A DNA stretch of 64,000 bases, from the NCBI RefSeq assembly GCF_009914755.1, contig NC_060931.1; one strand, 5' to 3'. The translations under genes and the position numbers were made by a program. The number at the start of each line of letters is the position of its first letter. Positions within the stretch are counted from its first letter, which is position 1. The stretch comes from the human T2T-CHM13v2.0 reference genome, Homo sapiens. This document shows positions 45,704 to 61,620 of the stretch, piece after piece. Under the pieces are notes generated by a model. It was not told the DNA's origin and searched no databases. It saw only the letters and a list, made by a program, of their open reading frames with translations.

Positions 45704-47864
45704 TATTTTGCTTTTAAAGTTAATAAACTACTAGTGTTTTAGTTGGAAAAAAAATTCTCTCATGTTATTTGTAGAAATGCTGTAGAAGAAAAAAATACAT
45801 AATATTATATAAAATTTGCTGCCTTTTCACATGTGAAAGTATTTGAGGTCTAAAATCAGGTATATCTGAGGGCAAAAAGGCAAAGATTCATGGTCATTGA
45901 AACAGGAATCTTAAGAGACTCTATCTACAAAGAACATTTCTTGTATATGTTGTAGACACTTTAGCAGTAAAATTTTCTCTTTTGTTCTCTGTCTCTTCAG
46001 TGAGAGGTACCCTTATTAAAACTCTGCAAGGGAATATATAATTTAAATTACATATTTTGGTATAACTTTAGGCAAGCTTTATAGTAGTAATGCTTTTCAC
46101 ATGTATTGTGCCTTCAGACTATCTTGATATTCAAGTAGATCAGCTTAGCCTGGAAATCCAGTGGAAATATGGATTGTCCACAGGGCAAACAGAAAGTCTT
46201 CTTTTGCAAAATCACATGCAGACTTTTCAATATTGAAAGGATTTGTTCAAACTTCCAGTTCTCTGATGATATATACATAACATATAAAAGGTTATCCTTG
46301 TCCATCGATGAGTCAAGGGGATAAATGTGTAACTAACACTATCTACAATAAAAATATTTTTGTTACATCAGATTACAGCCCCAAGCTTTATTTAAATTGA
46401 CAACAATAGGACTCATGTAATAGTGTCGTGAGGATTAAATTAGATTTAGAATCTAAAAAGTAAAAAGAGCCTAGAATAACCCCTAGTAGATACGACAAAC
46501 ATTTAATAAAAATAGTTATTACTGTTAACAGATATGTGATTTATATTAGTAATGTTGTAAAATAGCATACTCTCTCATACTCACATGGACCTTTTTTCTT
46601 GTTCCATGCAATATGTTAACAGCAAAACTAGTTTACAGGTGAGAATGACAAGAAGATGTGAAAGATTATTTCAGCTTTCCCTTTCTTTAAAAAGCTAGCA
46701 TTTCAAGACATAATTTTTTTAAAAATGAAAATTCTAAATTGTTACTTACTTTAAAAGTATTTAAAAGAGATTCTGCCAATGGTTTAATATAAGAACAAAA
46801 AGGAGTATTTTTCAGGAAATCAAGCCAGAGATTATGAGTATCCATTCTTGTTGGCAGACCTTATTTGCTTATTTTAAAGGCAGTGAGCAAAAGATGTAGA
46901 ACTCCAAGAGACAGACGTTGATTAGAAGTTTTTCTTTAAGATGTCATTTTTATTTTCTGAAAAAGCATTTATTTTTAAAACTTGGCACGGATTATTAAGA
47001 CGGGTACAGCTTAAATTTCCCATTAAAAAATCATATGTCATTCCCAAACCTGTTCATATACACAGAGAAAAATACTTAGGTATGTACTCATTACTTTGGC
47101 CTTTCCTTAATCTGAAAAATTTTTTTATAAAACTGAGTATTTTTGTGATGTTGCTCCATCAGCTCATTTAAAAACTGCTATATGATCTTGTTCAATGTTG
47201 TTTAATCTTAGGACCACTTTGTTTCACTTATAGCTCTAACATCTGTCTTTTTTTTTTTTTTGCCACAAACTCTTTTGTTTCTGTGTTTAGTAGCTATCCA
47301 TGCTTTTTGTCCTCCCACTCACTACCAATTGCTCTCAATATGATGACAATTTAAGAGAATTGTAGCAAGCTAATTGTCTTCCTTATATTTTCCCTATCTA
47401 TAGATTTGTTTACTCAAGGAGCTCTATGAGAAGTGTCAGGCATTTGCAGAGACAAATTGTCTTGGTTGCATCCACCACTGTTAAAACCTCCAATGTCACA
47501 GGGAGACTTGTCTGTAATTTCTAGAGTCACTACTGGAAGTCTTTTTATGAACACAGGTCATCATTGTGGCCACACAAAGGCTCTGGCACTAAAGAACTCT
47601 GATAGACAACCTATAAGAATGAAGCTTACATTTTGGCTAACAGTCCTTTAATTTCTTATCTCCAAATTTTAAGAAAATTAAGTCTTCATGATTTATTCAT
47701 CATACATAACATTTTGTTCATTTGACTTTCATGGTGATTTTTGATTATAGTAAAATCCAACATTCCTATAGAAATATAATTCAATTAACATGTGTTCTAA
47801 AATATTCTACCATCTACATTATTGAGTAAACAAAGATAAATACATTTTATTTAATCCAGTGTGT

Positions 47865-48092
47865 CGAAAGAGTAAAAAAAGATAAAATTAATTTATTTTA
47901 TTTAATCCAAAAATATGATTTTTACATCTGTTCAATATGAGAACTATAGGTAGGATGTTGGACATATTTTTTAAATTAACGATTCCAGTGTGAAGTGTAT
48001 TTTATACTTGCAACACAGCTTAGTTTGAACTAGCTACATTTCAAATGCTTGATAGTAACAGTGACCTATGACTACCATATTGGACACCGTGG
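47865..48092. mobile_element. MER33-like hAT fossil, partial
   Basis: gtgtattttatacttgcaacacagcttagtttgaactagctacatttcaaatgctt...ctaccatattggaca. Confidence 0.65.
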
Positions 48093-51000
48093 GAATCAAT
48101 TCCAAAATAAAAAGTATAAATTACATGATCTTTAAGTGTTCTTTCACAGTTTTCTGTTGAGTGATTTCTATACCTCTAAACTACGTGTTCCAAGAAACAA
48201 GTAGAAAGTGAATATATCCTTGAAATATTTAGCAGTAAATAAAAATAAGTAATTTATTATTTCTTATCATTGACTGTTTTGGGAAGGAATTCACTAAGTA
48301 GACCCTTTATCATATTATCATCAAGGAATACTACTTATTTCTTGGTTACTACTATCTCTTTGATACATTTAAATACATTATTAAGCTTTTATTATGACCC
48401 GTGAGTCCTATTTAATTTTTAAGCAATGCATTTGTAGAATTCCTCTGGTTTTACTAGAGTTAACCTTTTATTTTCTGCTAATGACTTAAAACTCCTCTTA
48501 GAAATGTATTTAAATGCTCACGTGTACAAAAGGGAAATTGACTAATAACTGATTAAGTTATGCACAATATTTTATGCGTAAGCTTTATTTTTATAAATCG
48601 TGTTTATGGTCTTCCTAAATAAGCAGTTAAGGAAATACATATAAATGTTAGTAAACTATCAATTATACTGATACTATACATGAATTAGACAAAGTTAAAA
48701 AATTTAGAAAATTTTTCAACCTGGCATATAACATGTGTCCACCTTGAATATAACAAATCCAGAGACACAAGAAAAAGCCAAATACAGAGAATATGATTCT
48801 TTGGTTATGAGCATGAAGCGGTGCTGCAGTGTTTGGGGAAAAGGGCCACAATCATGTCTGCTGGGGATTCACCCTGTAATTATATCACCATCCAGCTGAA
48901 TGCAAACCTGCAGGGAAAATGGTTAAGGTAGTCTTGTCAAATGTTGTGCTTGCAATCTGTTTCTCTGCATGCTGACAAGAAGGCAATAAAGTCAAAGACA
49001 ACTACACAACTAATGTATACTGGAGAAGAAAACTAGGCTCAGTTGCAATGTACTGTAACAAATTTGAAGTTATATAGTACCACTAACTTGAGTGACCTAG
49101 AAAAATTGAAGTTCAAGATGGTAGCATTATATAAACCAGTGAATCGTGTCATTACCGTATGGATACAAAAGTGGATTATTTATTTTAAATATTCTATTCA
49201 GTTATCTGCGTATATCTATCCTGCATATATCCATATTTCACAGACTGCAAGAATACATATAATAAAAGAAGGCAAAAAAAAGCTTTTGAAAAAAGAAAAT
49301 ATACTGGGAAATGTAATTTTAATTCTGTAAATTGTAAAATACTAATCTTGGTGATTTGGGGGAAGGAGAGCTGATGGAAATGACCAACAAAAGTTGACCC
49401 TTTGCTAAATAATGAAATTGTATCCTCTGCCTAGCTTACTTGATCTCTTTTAGTCAGCACAGCTGTGTGCTATTAATATTTTCTCTTATAAGGACCCTGA
49501 GCCTGAAAAAAATTAAGTTGCACAGTACACAATCATTAAACTAAAAAGCTAGATCTATCTAACTGCAAAGCTCACATTGTTTACAAGTTACTTGAAAGTC
49601 TAGAAAATTCAGTTCTGAGTCTTGCCAGTTATGTCCCCAAACAGGAATTTGACCCATTGGACTCCCTTGTGAATCACTAGATTAACCAATGTGCTTATTA
49701 GAGCCCTTCAGAAGGGCCAAGACATTTCTTCCTGTGAAATAAATATGGAAACAAGATATTAAATATCTTCTGTGTTTCAGAGGAAAAGTCATGCTCAGAT
49801 ATTAAATACATACAAAAATGTAGCAATGAAATAATTGGTTGCAGGTGCTGTTGGTGACTCACCCATATCTCATCAACACACATCACTCTTGTGCATTCCA
49901 ACTGGAAGCACCTGAGACTCTTTCTGAAGGCTTTTCTGGCCAAGGTGTCTGGCTCAACTGAAGGGCAAATGGAAATGCATGCATTCATATCACCTGGGAG
50001 CAGCCCTGAATCAATGACTGGCAGCTTTGTGGATCAATATCCTAGTTCCTTTGTTCCTTGGTGGGGAGAAACCTGAGACACAGTATACATTGCTTCTCAA
50101 AGTTGAGCAGTGGTGTTGGGTTCCAAAGATCTTCATGTGCTACGGTGGTAGTCTGCTCAACATCTCAACATCGTACTGATTCCTTGTCCCCTTGGGATCA
50201 TACCAGTGCTTCCCTTGGAACATCTCTCCCCACATAATATTAATACTCACGTATTTGCTCAAGTTCTTCTGGGAGAATTTAATGTAATCTGTAATTCCAG
50301 TGCTGGAAGTTAGAATTTTAGTATGACAATGGTAATCCTTTAAACTTTCACAAAACACCACTGCTCCATTTGTTTTTTTCCTATTGCAGTAAAATATAGA
50401 AAGAGAATCTAGAAGGAAGAGCACAAAGTCTATAAAAATAAGAGGGGATGAGAGAGAAACAGGAAAGAGAAATGAAACGGGAGTTGAGAAAAGGAGGGAA
50501 TCACAACTCGGGAGCAGAAATGAGTAAAATGTGAGCAAAGCAAAGGATCACGGTGAGGGGAACATTTTCCAGAGGATTCTTTTGAAACGACTTGCTGGAA
50601 ATTTGGAAAATGAGCAACAGTAATGTCAAATACTATAGCTCTTTGAAAGAGAGAGATGAATGAAGAAATAAAAAATATTTATTTGTTCAGGCGGAAGAAT
50701 CTGGACAAATAAGTGAAATTTGCAGTGAGGATGATGATTGTTCGATATGAGGATGGCCTTTCTAACCGAAACCATCTTCTAGGGTAAAGCTACCTCTTCG
50801 TCACTTAACCCCAGCTTCAATGAAGTTGTTCAGATGGTTGGTGTTTCTGAGATTTGGTTTATTACTCATTATCCAATAAACCTGTGAATTTATAGTCAAA
50901 AAAAAGCTGATGGTGGGCAGACATTGCTTAATGATCAGCTAGTATCTGCATACCTGCTTAATACCCTGTAACATGATTTTGTCTGAAAACACCTAGTTTC

Positions 51001-51275
51001 CCAGACTAGCGTCTCTTCTAATGTCAACTTTCCCACTGCACTGCCAACGCAGGCCCATTCATTCAAAATTTAAGAGACATTTGTAGCATTCCTTTTCTGT
51101 ATCGGGTTTGCTCAATCTCACTGAGAGGAGTCGAGATCTCTACACAATTATCTCTTATAATGAAACATGCATTGATGAGATTAGATACAGTTTATTCCAT
51201 AGAAAAAAAACCTAAAGTTGCTGTAAAATGTGTTTAGTTATTGTGAATCCTTTCTAGTTGGTTATAATTACGTGA

Positions 51276-51503
<228 letters not shown>

Positions 51504-53097
51504 TAACAGGTTAACCTTGGAAAGTCATCTAGCTCTGGAGGACCAAAGTTTCTTTGTCTATAACATGAGCTTGAACAAAATCTCCAAATTCCACTACCTT
51601 TGGTTCATGAATAGACTACAAAGATGTGATTCAAATGTGTTGGAACTGAATGCAAAAATTTGTGAGCCTGTGCATTTTTCTGCGAGAGGGAACATAGTTT
51701 TAATCAAATTCTCAGACTGTTATTTGAAACATTTTAAGAAATGCTGAATTGTACTACCTTGAAGATCTTACTTTTTCTGAAATACTTTGATTCATAATTC
51801 TATGACTCATTACCTCTTTGGCAATTTCGAATAGCCATTTCTAGGAAATAAACTTCTTCCTTAAATAAATATCAAAGTTACACTGATCTTAAAATAATGG
51901 TTTATCTAGCCATGAAGTATTTCACATCTAAAAGAACCGTTTACGTTTTTGGCCAATTAAAATTGATACATCAAATGTTAGAAAAAACTGAAACTGTGGG
52001 CTGAATTACACAATAAAATTTCAAGAAATGTAGAATTTTGAAACAGTAATAGTGACTAAAGTGAAACAAAATATTTTTTTAAAATATCTCATAAAAGTCA
52101 AGTCTGAAACGTAAAATTTCTCAGGTCCTGCATAATGTAAAACGGCTTAATAAAAGCAGCAAATATAAAATGACTATGATAAAATACTCAAAAAATGGAT
52201 GTTGTCTTTTGTGAGTGTACTGCCTCAATTCATATGTATATGCCTGATTTAAAATAATATATATTTGGATTTTATTGGTGTGATGGTTTTATTTGGTTTG
52301 CTTTTCTTGTATAATCCTTAGGGTTAATTTTTTTAAAAAAGTAAAGAAAAATAAAGAAAATTGGAGTAATAAAAACCCTTTAGGAAGTAGTTTGTTAGAT
52401 ATTCATCATTCCTTGAATCTTCAAATTCACTGCTCAGCGTGGGGTAGACATCCTGCCTCACTGAACGTTCAATTACTTTATGGGCTACAGCTCAGAAGGC
52501 GAATCACCTTTTTCATAAGCTGCTTGTTGAGAGAAGCTTGAAAAGGATGATATTGTGTGGAGGTTCAATACCTTTGAATCTCATAGTAAAATTACAAAAT
52601 TATTGTTGATTTACATAAGCATGTTATTTATCTCAAACTACTCACCAGTTAAGTTGAGACTCATTAATTGTACATTTTAGGGTATTATTTCATGAGATTA
52701 ATGAAATTAGCGATTACAATACGTTTTATTTTTAGGATGCTTTCAAATTATTTACAACCTATCTGTATTACACTACAATCATGTCTAAGAGAGGAATATT
52801 GCCATAATTTTGGGGAAGACTGTTCCTATGATGATGAATGAGTGTATTTTTCAAAATCCAAAGGACAATTGACTGATTTCTAAAATTCAATCCTAGGGTA
52901 ACAAAGAAACTCTGCACTTATAAGCATTGCATATTTGTTTTAAATTATAAGAGCAGAATGTTAGTTCATTTAATGAGTATATATATTTGACTTTAATCTT
53001 GTTTTGTTGAAAATAATGCATAAACGTTAATGGAAAATAACTGAAACCAAAGAAGGGAAAGGTAGTTGTGTCAAACACCATATAGAAAGATAAATAT

Positions 53098-53398
53098 GGC
53101 TGGGCATGGTGGCTCACGCCTGTAATCCCAGCACTTTGGGAGGCCGAGACAGGCGGATAACCTGAGGTCAGGAGTTCAAGACCAGCCTGGCCAACATGGT
53201 GAAACCCTGTCCCTACTAAAGATACAAAAATTAGCCGGGCGTGGTGGTGGGGGCCTATAATCCCAGCTACTCGGGAGGCTGAGGTAGGAGAATCGCTTGA
53301 ACCCAGGAGGGAGGCAGAGGTTGCAGTGAGCCAAGATTGTGACATTGCACTCCAGCCTGGAGGACAAGAGTGAGACTTCATCTCAAAAAAAAAAAAAA
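53098..53398 (+). mobile_element. AluS (Sq/Sx-like)
   Basis: Full Alu with cctgaggtcaggagttcaagaccagcc and a poly-A tail. Confidence 0.95.
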
Positions 53399-56300
53399 GT
53401 GAAATTTCTAAAATAATAAAAAAGTCACTTTAAAAAATCTTAAAATATGAAAATGACATGAAATTTATAGAAGTGTTGTTCATTTTTATATGTAAGCAGA
53501 GAATAGTGTGTAATATTTAAATTCTTTCCCTAATTTTTTAATATTCTTTACAACATTTGTTAAATATAAGGTATATTAAACCCAAATGGTGAATTAAACT
53601 CAAACTCAAGACACTACATGAAGAAAAATATTCCATCTTCATTATCACTATCCATTTTCTGTAACATTCAGAGTAGTTGAAAACTTACTTTACTAAAGAG
53701 AGGTGGGAGAGGGTTAAAATTTGTTATTAATATTAACTGCCTATATGAGTTTTGTGTTCCTTTAACTTTGTTGAATTTAATTATTCAAGTAAAAGTAGTC
53801 TATTCAATCATTAATTGTATGCAATTCTATTATGTTATAAACTAGAGTATTTGAATTCCTAATTCTTCCCTCTGAAAATAGTAATATAAGAATTGTATAT
53901 GACATAATTTGATAAGGATCTGTGACTATAATAAATTATAAATCCAGGTGTCTATTCAGTTTTAGACTTCTGACCTCAAGCGTGTGAAACAAGTGGGTAT
54001 GTAAGGAGAGATCACATCATTCACGGCATTTGCATTTTATATGTCCTCAAAAGTTTTCTTCTAAAACTGACTGTTTTGCTAATTTTGTAGTAATTTTATT
54101 CTAGATTTGTTCAGTTTTGATAGGTTTTCTCCATTCACTGCCAACATCCATTTGAGTATTCGAATACTATGTAGATGTATTTTTAGTAAAATATGTTTCA
54201 TTTTTATAATTGGATCCACACAGTGCTGGAGAATTCTACGTGTTAAAGATGTATAAAAATAAAACTTATTTAAAAATTAAATGTAAACTTATGTTCTCAC
54301 AACAGAGTAACTAGTATTTCAAAAATGTTCATATAGCCTTGCAAATAGTTGAAAATATATATTTAGAATTTAGACATTTTTATTCATCTTAACAGTTCTG
54401 TTCACTGGGATGCTTTTCCACAATACTCTTAAGTCATTGTTGTAACTGAAAATGATCAAGAGTAATCATTTAGCGAAGACTTTGAGTTGTCTCCATAAAA
54501 GAACTTAAGCAGGGAGAATGATACTCCCTGCATTTTTCCTGCAGATGACATTGCATATAAATGACACCTGCCGAATCATGCCAAGACATACAATCTCATC
54601 GTGACCATGGAAGCTCATGGCTAACGGTGCTGCCTGCTAGTTGATCCAAAAAGTTGGGTTCCTGCCAGAGATGTAGAGCAATGCAGTACATTGATAATTA
54701 CTAGCTAGCTCTTTCACCTCTCTTCCCATAAATGTTAATGATAGCCTTGAAATCCCAAAGCATTTCTTTAACATTTCTATTCTTTTTGTGCAAAATTGTG
54801 ACTGAGGGAGGTTAATCAGTATTGCCAAGGAGACTAATGGTGGAAGTTTCTGCTATGACTCTTACCTCCAGTTCATAAAATACAGAGAATGTTTTTTAGA
54901 TATATAACACCTTTAGCCTTTTTTAAGTCCTTAAAGTTGGATCCCTTATATCCCACATGTATTATGCAACATTTAGCTGTGAATATGCAGGAGATATTAG
55001 ACTTGACATAACAGAAAACAATGTTTGATGATCCAGTGAGAGTACATATGAGAGAATTTTGAAAATGGTAGGACTGTTCATTATTATTAATGTTGTTGCT
55101 ATGTGTGCTCACCCCCTCCAAGTCCTTTCTGCTTTTTTACTTTCTTTCTTGTAATTAAATTGAATAATTTTAAAAATATTTTGAAACCAAGTAATTCTAA
55201 ATATCATGTGGCAAGAGAAGAGGAAATAAAGTGACCTTTTAACAATTGGGAATTATAAAATTTGTAATATTTATCTTCTCCATTAATTATATCATCTTAT
55301 GGTTTTCTTTCTTATAGAGCTTTCCTCATTTAGCTACATTGAACCGGGACATATCCATATATCGATCTCAACTTTAGCCGAATTTTCTTAGCAAATGCCG
55401 AGCTAGAGCGAAATTTAAGAAGGCATAGTGATAAGGAACCGTATCCCTACCCCCATTTTGTTATATGCTAACATAAGGTCTTGCTGCCTCATTTTTAAAT
55501 AAACATTTTTATTTTAGAATACATTTAGATTTACAGAAAAGTTGGGGAGAGAATATAGAGTTCACATTCCCGTTATCACCGACAACCAGTTTCCCCTATT
55601 AACTTTTTACCTTAATGTGCTAACATTTGTCATAATTAGTGAGCCAATATGCATATATTAAGCCTAATGTTCATTGAGATTTTCTTAGGTTTTACCTTTA
55701 GTCCTTGGCTTTCTTTTTTGGTTCCAGAATCCAATCTAGCTCACCATATTACATTTGGTCATTATGCCTCCTTAGGATTCTCTTGGCTATGACTGTTTCT
55801 CAGACTTTACTTACTTATAATGACTTTGACAGTTTTGAGGAGTACTAGTCAGGTATTTTGCAGAATGTTCATCAACTGGGATTGACCTAATGTTTTTCTC
55901 ATGATTAGACTGGCATTATAGGTTTTAGAGAAGAAGATCACAGATGTGTCATTCTCACCACATTCTATCTAGGATACACACTAGCAACACGACTTGTCAC
56001 TGTTGATGTTGATCTTGATTACCTGGCTAAAGTAGGATTTGTTAGTTTTCTCTACTGCAGTGCAGACTCTTTCCATACTGTAGTATTGGGAAGGAAGTCC
56101 CTATGTGCAGTTCACATGTAAGGCTATTATGTCTGCCTCTTTGAGGGCACAGTGTTGACATAAATTATTCTACATGGGCCATGTATAAAATTTTATTATT
56201 CCTCCCCATTTATTCAATCATTTACATTATTATGGACACATGAAATTTGATTTTATCATAATTTGGATTATATTCTAATAGTACCTTGTTTCTCTTTTTA

Positions 56301-56429
56301 ATCAAATAATTTCAGCTCTGGCCACTGGAAACTCTTTCAGTTGCCCTGTGTCCTTTGACACACCTGCATCACTACAGAGTTTTTGAAAAGCATTTCTTTA
56401 TTTTCTGGCATTACAACTTGCATCACTGT

Positions 56430-56589
56430 TATGTATGTGTATATATATATACACACACGTATATATATATACACACACGTATATATATACACATATATAC
56501 ATATATATACACACATATACACGTGTGTGTGTATATATATATGTGTGTGTATATCTATCTATCTATCTATCTATCTATATATATATATG
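56430..56589. repeat. Compound (TA)/(CA)/(TG)/(TCTA) microsatellite
   Basis: Read directly from the sequence. Confidence 0.95.
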
Positions 56590-56970
56590 TTTTAGCTTGT
56601 ATATTTTTTGCTCCAGTCTTAGAATCAACCTTCTAAGGAATCCTGGTTTTTGTTGTTGTTGGGTAATGGTACTTACCAGAAACCAGTATCTGGATGCTAT
56701 GTATGCTCATTGATAGTGGAATATAATTGTGCAAGGGGATATATGTGTTTCTACTAAGCCATGTATATATGCATATCTATAAATTTCTATATCTGTGTCT
56801 TCATATCTGTTTGTATGTATATTCATCTGTATGTATATTTAACTTAATGTGTGTTCATATTGATGTATCCAACTATAATCAACTATAATCAATTACCATG
56901 TCAATCATTCTAACCTTCTCCCCTTGCTATTTGTAACTTCCCACCCCAATAGTAATAAACGTGGATCCCA

Positions 56971-57315
<345 letters not shown>

Positions 57316-60300
57316 TTAATTACTTGTTAAATTCTTGTTATCATGTATGGGAGTTTCAGAATTGTTAGTGGTAGCCCCCTGGAGAATAACTTTGTCAAAC
57401 AGAGAACAGGATTTATGTGCAATGACTCTAGTCTTGCAAACTCTATTTCCAAAGTTGCCTAGGTTAGCATCACCCCTCTCCCCTGCCACCACATAAGTGA
57501 GGTTTTGTTACATTTTCATATGGTTAGATTATTTTTTTCACATTCTGCCTTCTGACATGTGATCCTGACTTCCTGCATACGTTTTAAAGCGTTTTTCATA
57601 TATTAAGGTTTTCTCTTCTGTATAGTTCTATGGGTTTTGACAATTGCATAATATATATTCACCATTATGGTATCATATAGAATAGTTCCAATGCCCTAAA
57701 AAAATGCCCTGTGCTTTGCCCACTCAACTCTCTCTACAGAAAACCCTGCAACTAATAGGTGTACCCTCTCTGTAGTTTTGTCTGTTCCAGAATGTCATAT
57801 AAATATAATGATAAAATACTTAACTTTCACAGATAGGCTTCTTTCACTTAGTAATATGTATTTAACATTCATTCTTGTCTTTGCATGGCTTTTAGCTTAT
57901 ATTTTTAAGTTCATTATATAGTTGTATCACAGTTTATCCATTCACCTACTGACATTTTGGTTGTTTCCAGTTTTTGCAAATTACAAATGAAGCTGTTATT
58001 AATGTTCATGGGCTGTGTGTGTGTACATAAGTTTTCAATTCAGTTGAGTAAATACCTAGCATTTTAATTGTGGGTCTTATAGTGAGACCATATTTAACTT
58101 TTTAAGAAACTGCTAAATTGTCTTGCAAGGTGGTTGTGGGAATGCAAAACGGCACAGCTACTTTATAAGACAAATTGAATGTAAGTTCTTGTTACTTTGT
58201 GTTCTCACTGAGAATAATATTCTTAGTTTTGTGGATGTTCGCCATTCTAGTAGTTCCGTAGTGCCACCACATAGTTGTTTTAATGTGCTCTAACTTAATG
58301 GCAAATATGTTGTGTATTGTTAATATATGTTTACTTGTCATCTCTATATCATTTTTGATACCGTGTCTTTTTGATTATTTAATAAATAGCCCAATTTAGT
58401 AATTGGGCTATTTTCTTAAGGCTGGGTTTCAAGAGTTCTTTATTTAATTTGGATATATGTACCTTATAGAATATGTCTTGCAAATATTTTCTCCCAGGCC
58501 ATGCTTTGTCTGTTAATTCTTTTAAGTGTCTTTTGAAGAGCAAATATTTTAAACTTTAATAACGTCCAAGATCAATTTTTTATGGATAAAGGCTTGTGTG
58601 TACCTAAAAACTTTTCTCTAAATCCAAGAGAAAATCCATTTTATTCTAAGTATAGTTTTTTAAATTTTACATTTAGAACTATGATCCATTTTGAGTTAAT
58701 TCTTGCACAAGGCATATAGTTGGTGTCTGTTATTTTTATTTTAATATGTGAATGCTCAGCATTATTACTTTTTTTTATCAACATTTCAACAAAGCAGAAA
58801 GATTATCCTCTCTTCATTTCAAATGCCTTTGTTAAATATTAATTTTGTTTGTGTGGGTTTATTTTACTGGTTTTCTACTCTCTTCCATTTTCTATTCCTC
58901 TGCCAATCCCTCATAGTTTTGATGACTGTAGCTTTATTTGTCTTGGAATACAGTAGCATGAGTCCTTCAGTTTGTTCTTTTTTCAGTATTGTAGCTATTT
59001 CATGTCTCTTTCCTTGCCATATAAGTTTTAGACATGGTTTGTTAATATCAGTAAGATAGCTTGCTGAGAGTTTGATTGGGATTGTGTTGAATCTATAGGT
59101 CAGTGTAGAAAGAATTGACATTTAGAAGTATTGAGTCTTCCAAGTCATAAACCTGGAAGATATTTCCAACACCCTCTTCTTTTTACCCTGAGAAATAACA
59201 AAATAGTGATATTTTTAACATGTTTTCCTCATTAAATATGTCTTATAAATTATGTAGGTCCAGAAGACAAAAAAGAAAAATAATCTCCATCCAACAAACA
59301 GCATAGATTAAGATTAAATAGATATACAAGTATCTGGGTCTTGCCAATTAGGTTTTCAAGTGCATTCATACAAGAAATTTACTGGAACACATTTTGATAT
59401 ATATTAATTATAAGGCTGCTTTAATATTATAGATGGCATAGAAATTAAAATTCATTGTGCAGAAGATTGACACATATGGTCAGAGAGGAAAGGAGACTCA
59501 GGGAGCAGCACATTATTAATTAGAAGATGGGGGAGGATAAACATAAGACTCTCTGGAGAAAAAATTAAGGACATGAGACAAGAAATAACCTGAATCTGTT
59601 TTGAAGGGATAGAGATGCATAAAAGGACTGGGGTATTAGAAAAGACTACTTTGAAAAAAATGAGAGTTTTGAGTTATGAGACCAGAAATGAATGGCTTAG
59701 AAAGGCATCCTCTTCTACCCACAAATTATACTTGAAAAATAATAATCAAAATATCATATGTTTTAAAAATAAAACACAGGCTTATTATTTGAATCTCAAA
59801 ATTTATTTTCAAATTAACAAACTAGTATTTGTCTGTGAGTTACAAATTCTATACATTTGACCAAGTTCCATTTACAGAGTGAAGGCAGATTTTCTTCTTA
59901 ATAAAAGACGCATTTTAAGAATTCTGAAATGTAATTGAAAGAAAAGACTGGCAAAGACATATGAGGACACAAATATTCCAAACAATTATTTGGTTGTTAA
60001 CATGCCAACAAAAGGTTGGTTTTCAAAAGACCATGTTTTTTTAATTTCAGAAAAATACGGTTTCAGTAATTCTCATAAGTAATTCAGCGATGAGCTATCA
60101 GCTACCGGTAATGAATTCTCCTACAAAGGAATAATTTATTCCCAGTGTACTCACACAAGCTGGGATGTTACCAGGAACTTGAAGCTGTAAAAGAACCCTA
60201 TCTTATTAGCTACAATGCCTCACTCATAATACATACCTCATGAGTTACATATTAAATGATCAGAGGTTATTTATCTTCATACACTAGTTTGGAAATGGAT

Positions 60301-61260
60301 GAATCATTTCTCATTTCTTCTGAAAGACATACATTGTGCTTTTGCTCAAATTTCAATTTCAGAGCTTCAAACTTGTGATACTTATCTAAATAAAGGATTA
60401 GACTCACATTTGCACACACACAAAGCACAAAACAAGTGAACTACCATATCTAAAGGCAATAGATATTACAATGAAACACATTAACAATAATGTTTACTTT
60501 TCTAAAAATGTTCAGTTATATATTAAAGCAAAATGGTATTTCACCCTAATTCTATGCAAATGTTTTTGTTAAGGCATTCAGTTGCTTAATTAATGGTATT
60601 GAATTTTAAAAAATCTATTGGTTTGCAAATCAGGTTCTTACGCTTGTATCTATCATTCTGTTCTGAGAGGGTTGATTTATGGGTACCTATAAATAAAACA
60701 GAAATCTAAAAAATTTAGTGAGTGGAGCCCAGCATGCTTCAAAATGGAAGTTGAAACACCACCATATACTATGATCAAATATGTTGACTTAGAGTTACTA
60801 ATTTTACTTTAGGCTTGATAAGAAAGGATTGTGTGTAATCTGAATACTTACTGGTAGTGAGCATATGATTGTGTGCCTGTAAATACAGAATATCATTGAT
60901 AATGGAAACTCAATGTATCCAATGCTTAGTTATTTACACAAAATACATCAACTCATCATGAATTAAAGACTAGATCAAAGTCATAAAAAGTAAAAAGATA
61001 CAAAAGAAAAATACATTTTTCTTAGATAATATCTTCATTAAAATAATAGTTAAAAATTAGTGGGGCTTAAATTTATTGCTGTGTATTGGGGCTTGTGGTG
61101 TTCTTTATGTGTACTTCACCCCATTTAACCTGAATAACAACATGCTAGTTATAACCTCATAGCTTTAAAATGGAGGCCATTCTGAAGGCCTAACTTCATT
61201 GGGTCATCTCTAATATAACATTGCTTCTTTTGTAATTCCAGCCTCATTTTTCTTTATTTC

Positions 61261-61620
61261 TGTATTAGCCCATTTTCACATTTCTGATAAAGACATACCC
61301 AAGACTGGGAAGAAAAAGAGGTTTAATGGATTTACAGTTCCAGATGGCTGGGGAGGCCTCACAATCATGACAGAAGGCCAGGAGGAGCAAGTCACATCTT
61401 ACATGGATGGCAGCAGGCAAAGGGAGAGCTTGTACAGGGAAACTCCCATGTTTTAAACCATCAGATCTTGTGAGACTCATTCACTCTCATGAGAACAGTA
61501 CAGGAGAGACCAGCCCCATAATTCAGTCACCTCCCACCATCTTCCTTCCACGACATGTGAGAATTGTGGGAGTTAAAATTCAAGATGAGATTTGGGTGGG
61601 GACACAGCCAAACCATATGA
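61261..61620 (-). mobile_element. THE1 (C-like) MaLR solo LTR
   Basis: tgtattagcccattttcac...gggaagaaaaagaggtttaat...gggacacagccaaaccatat. Flanks atttc/ctttc form a 5-bp TSD with one mismatch. Confidence 0.93.

Noticed and set aside
56337-56713. Tyr/Ile/His-rich ORFs
   Set aside because: Microsatellite translation.
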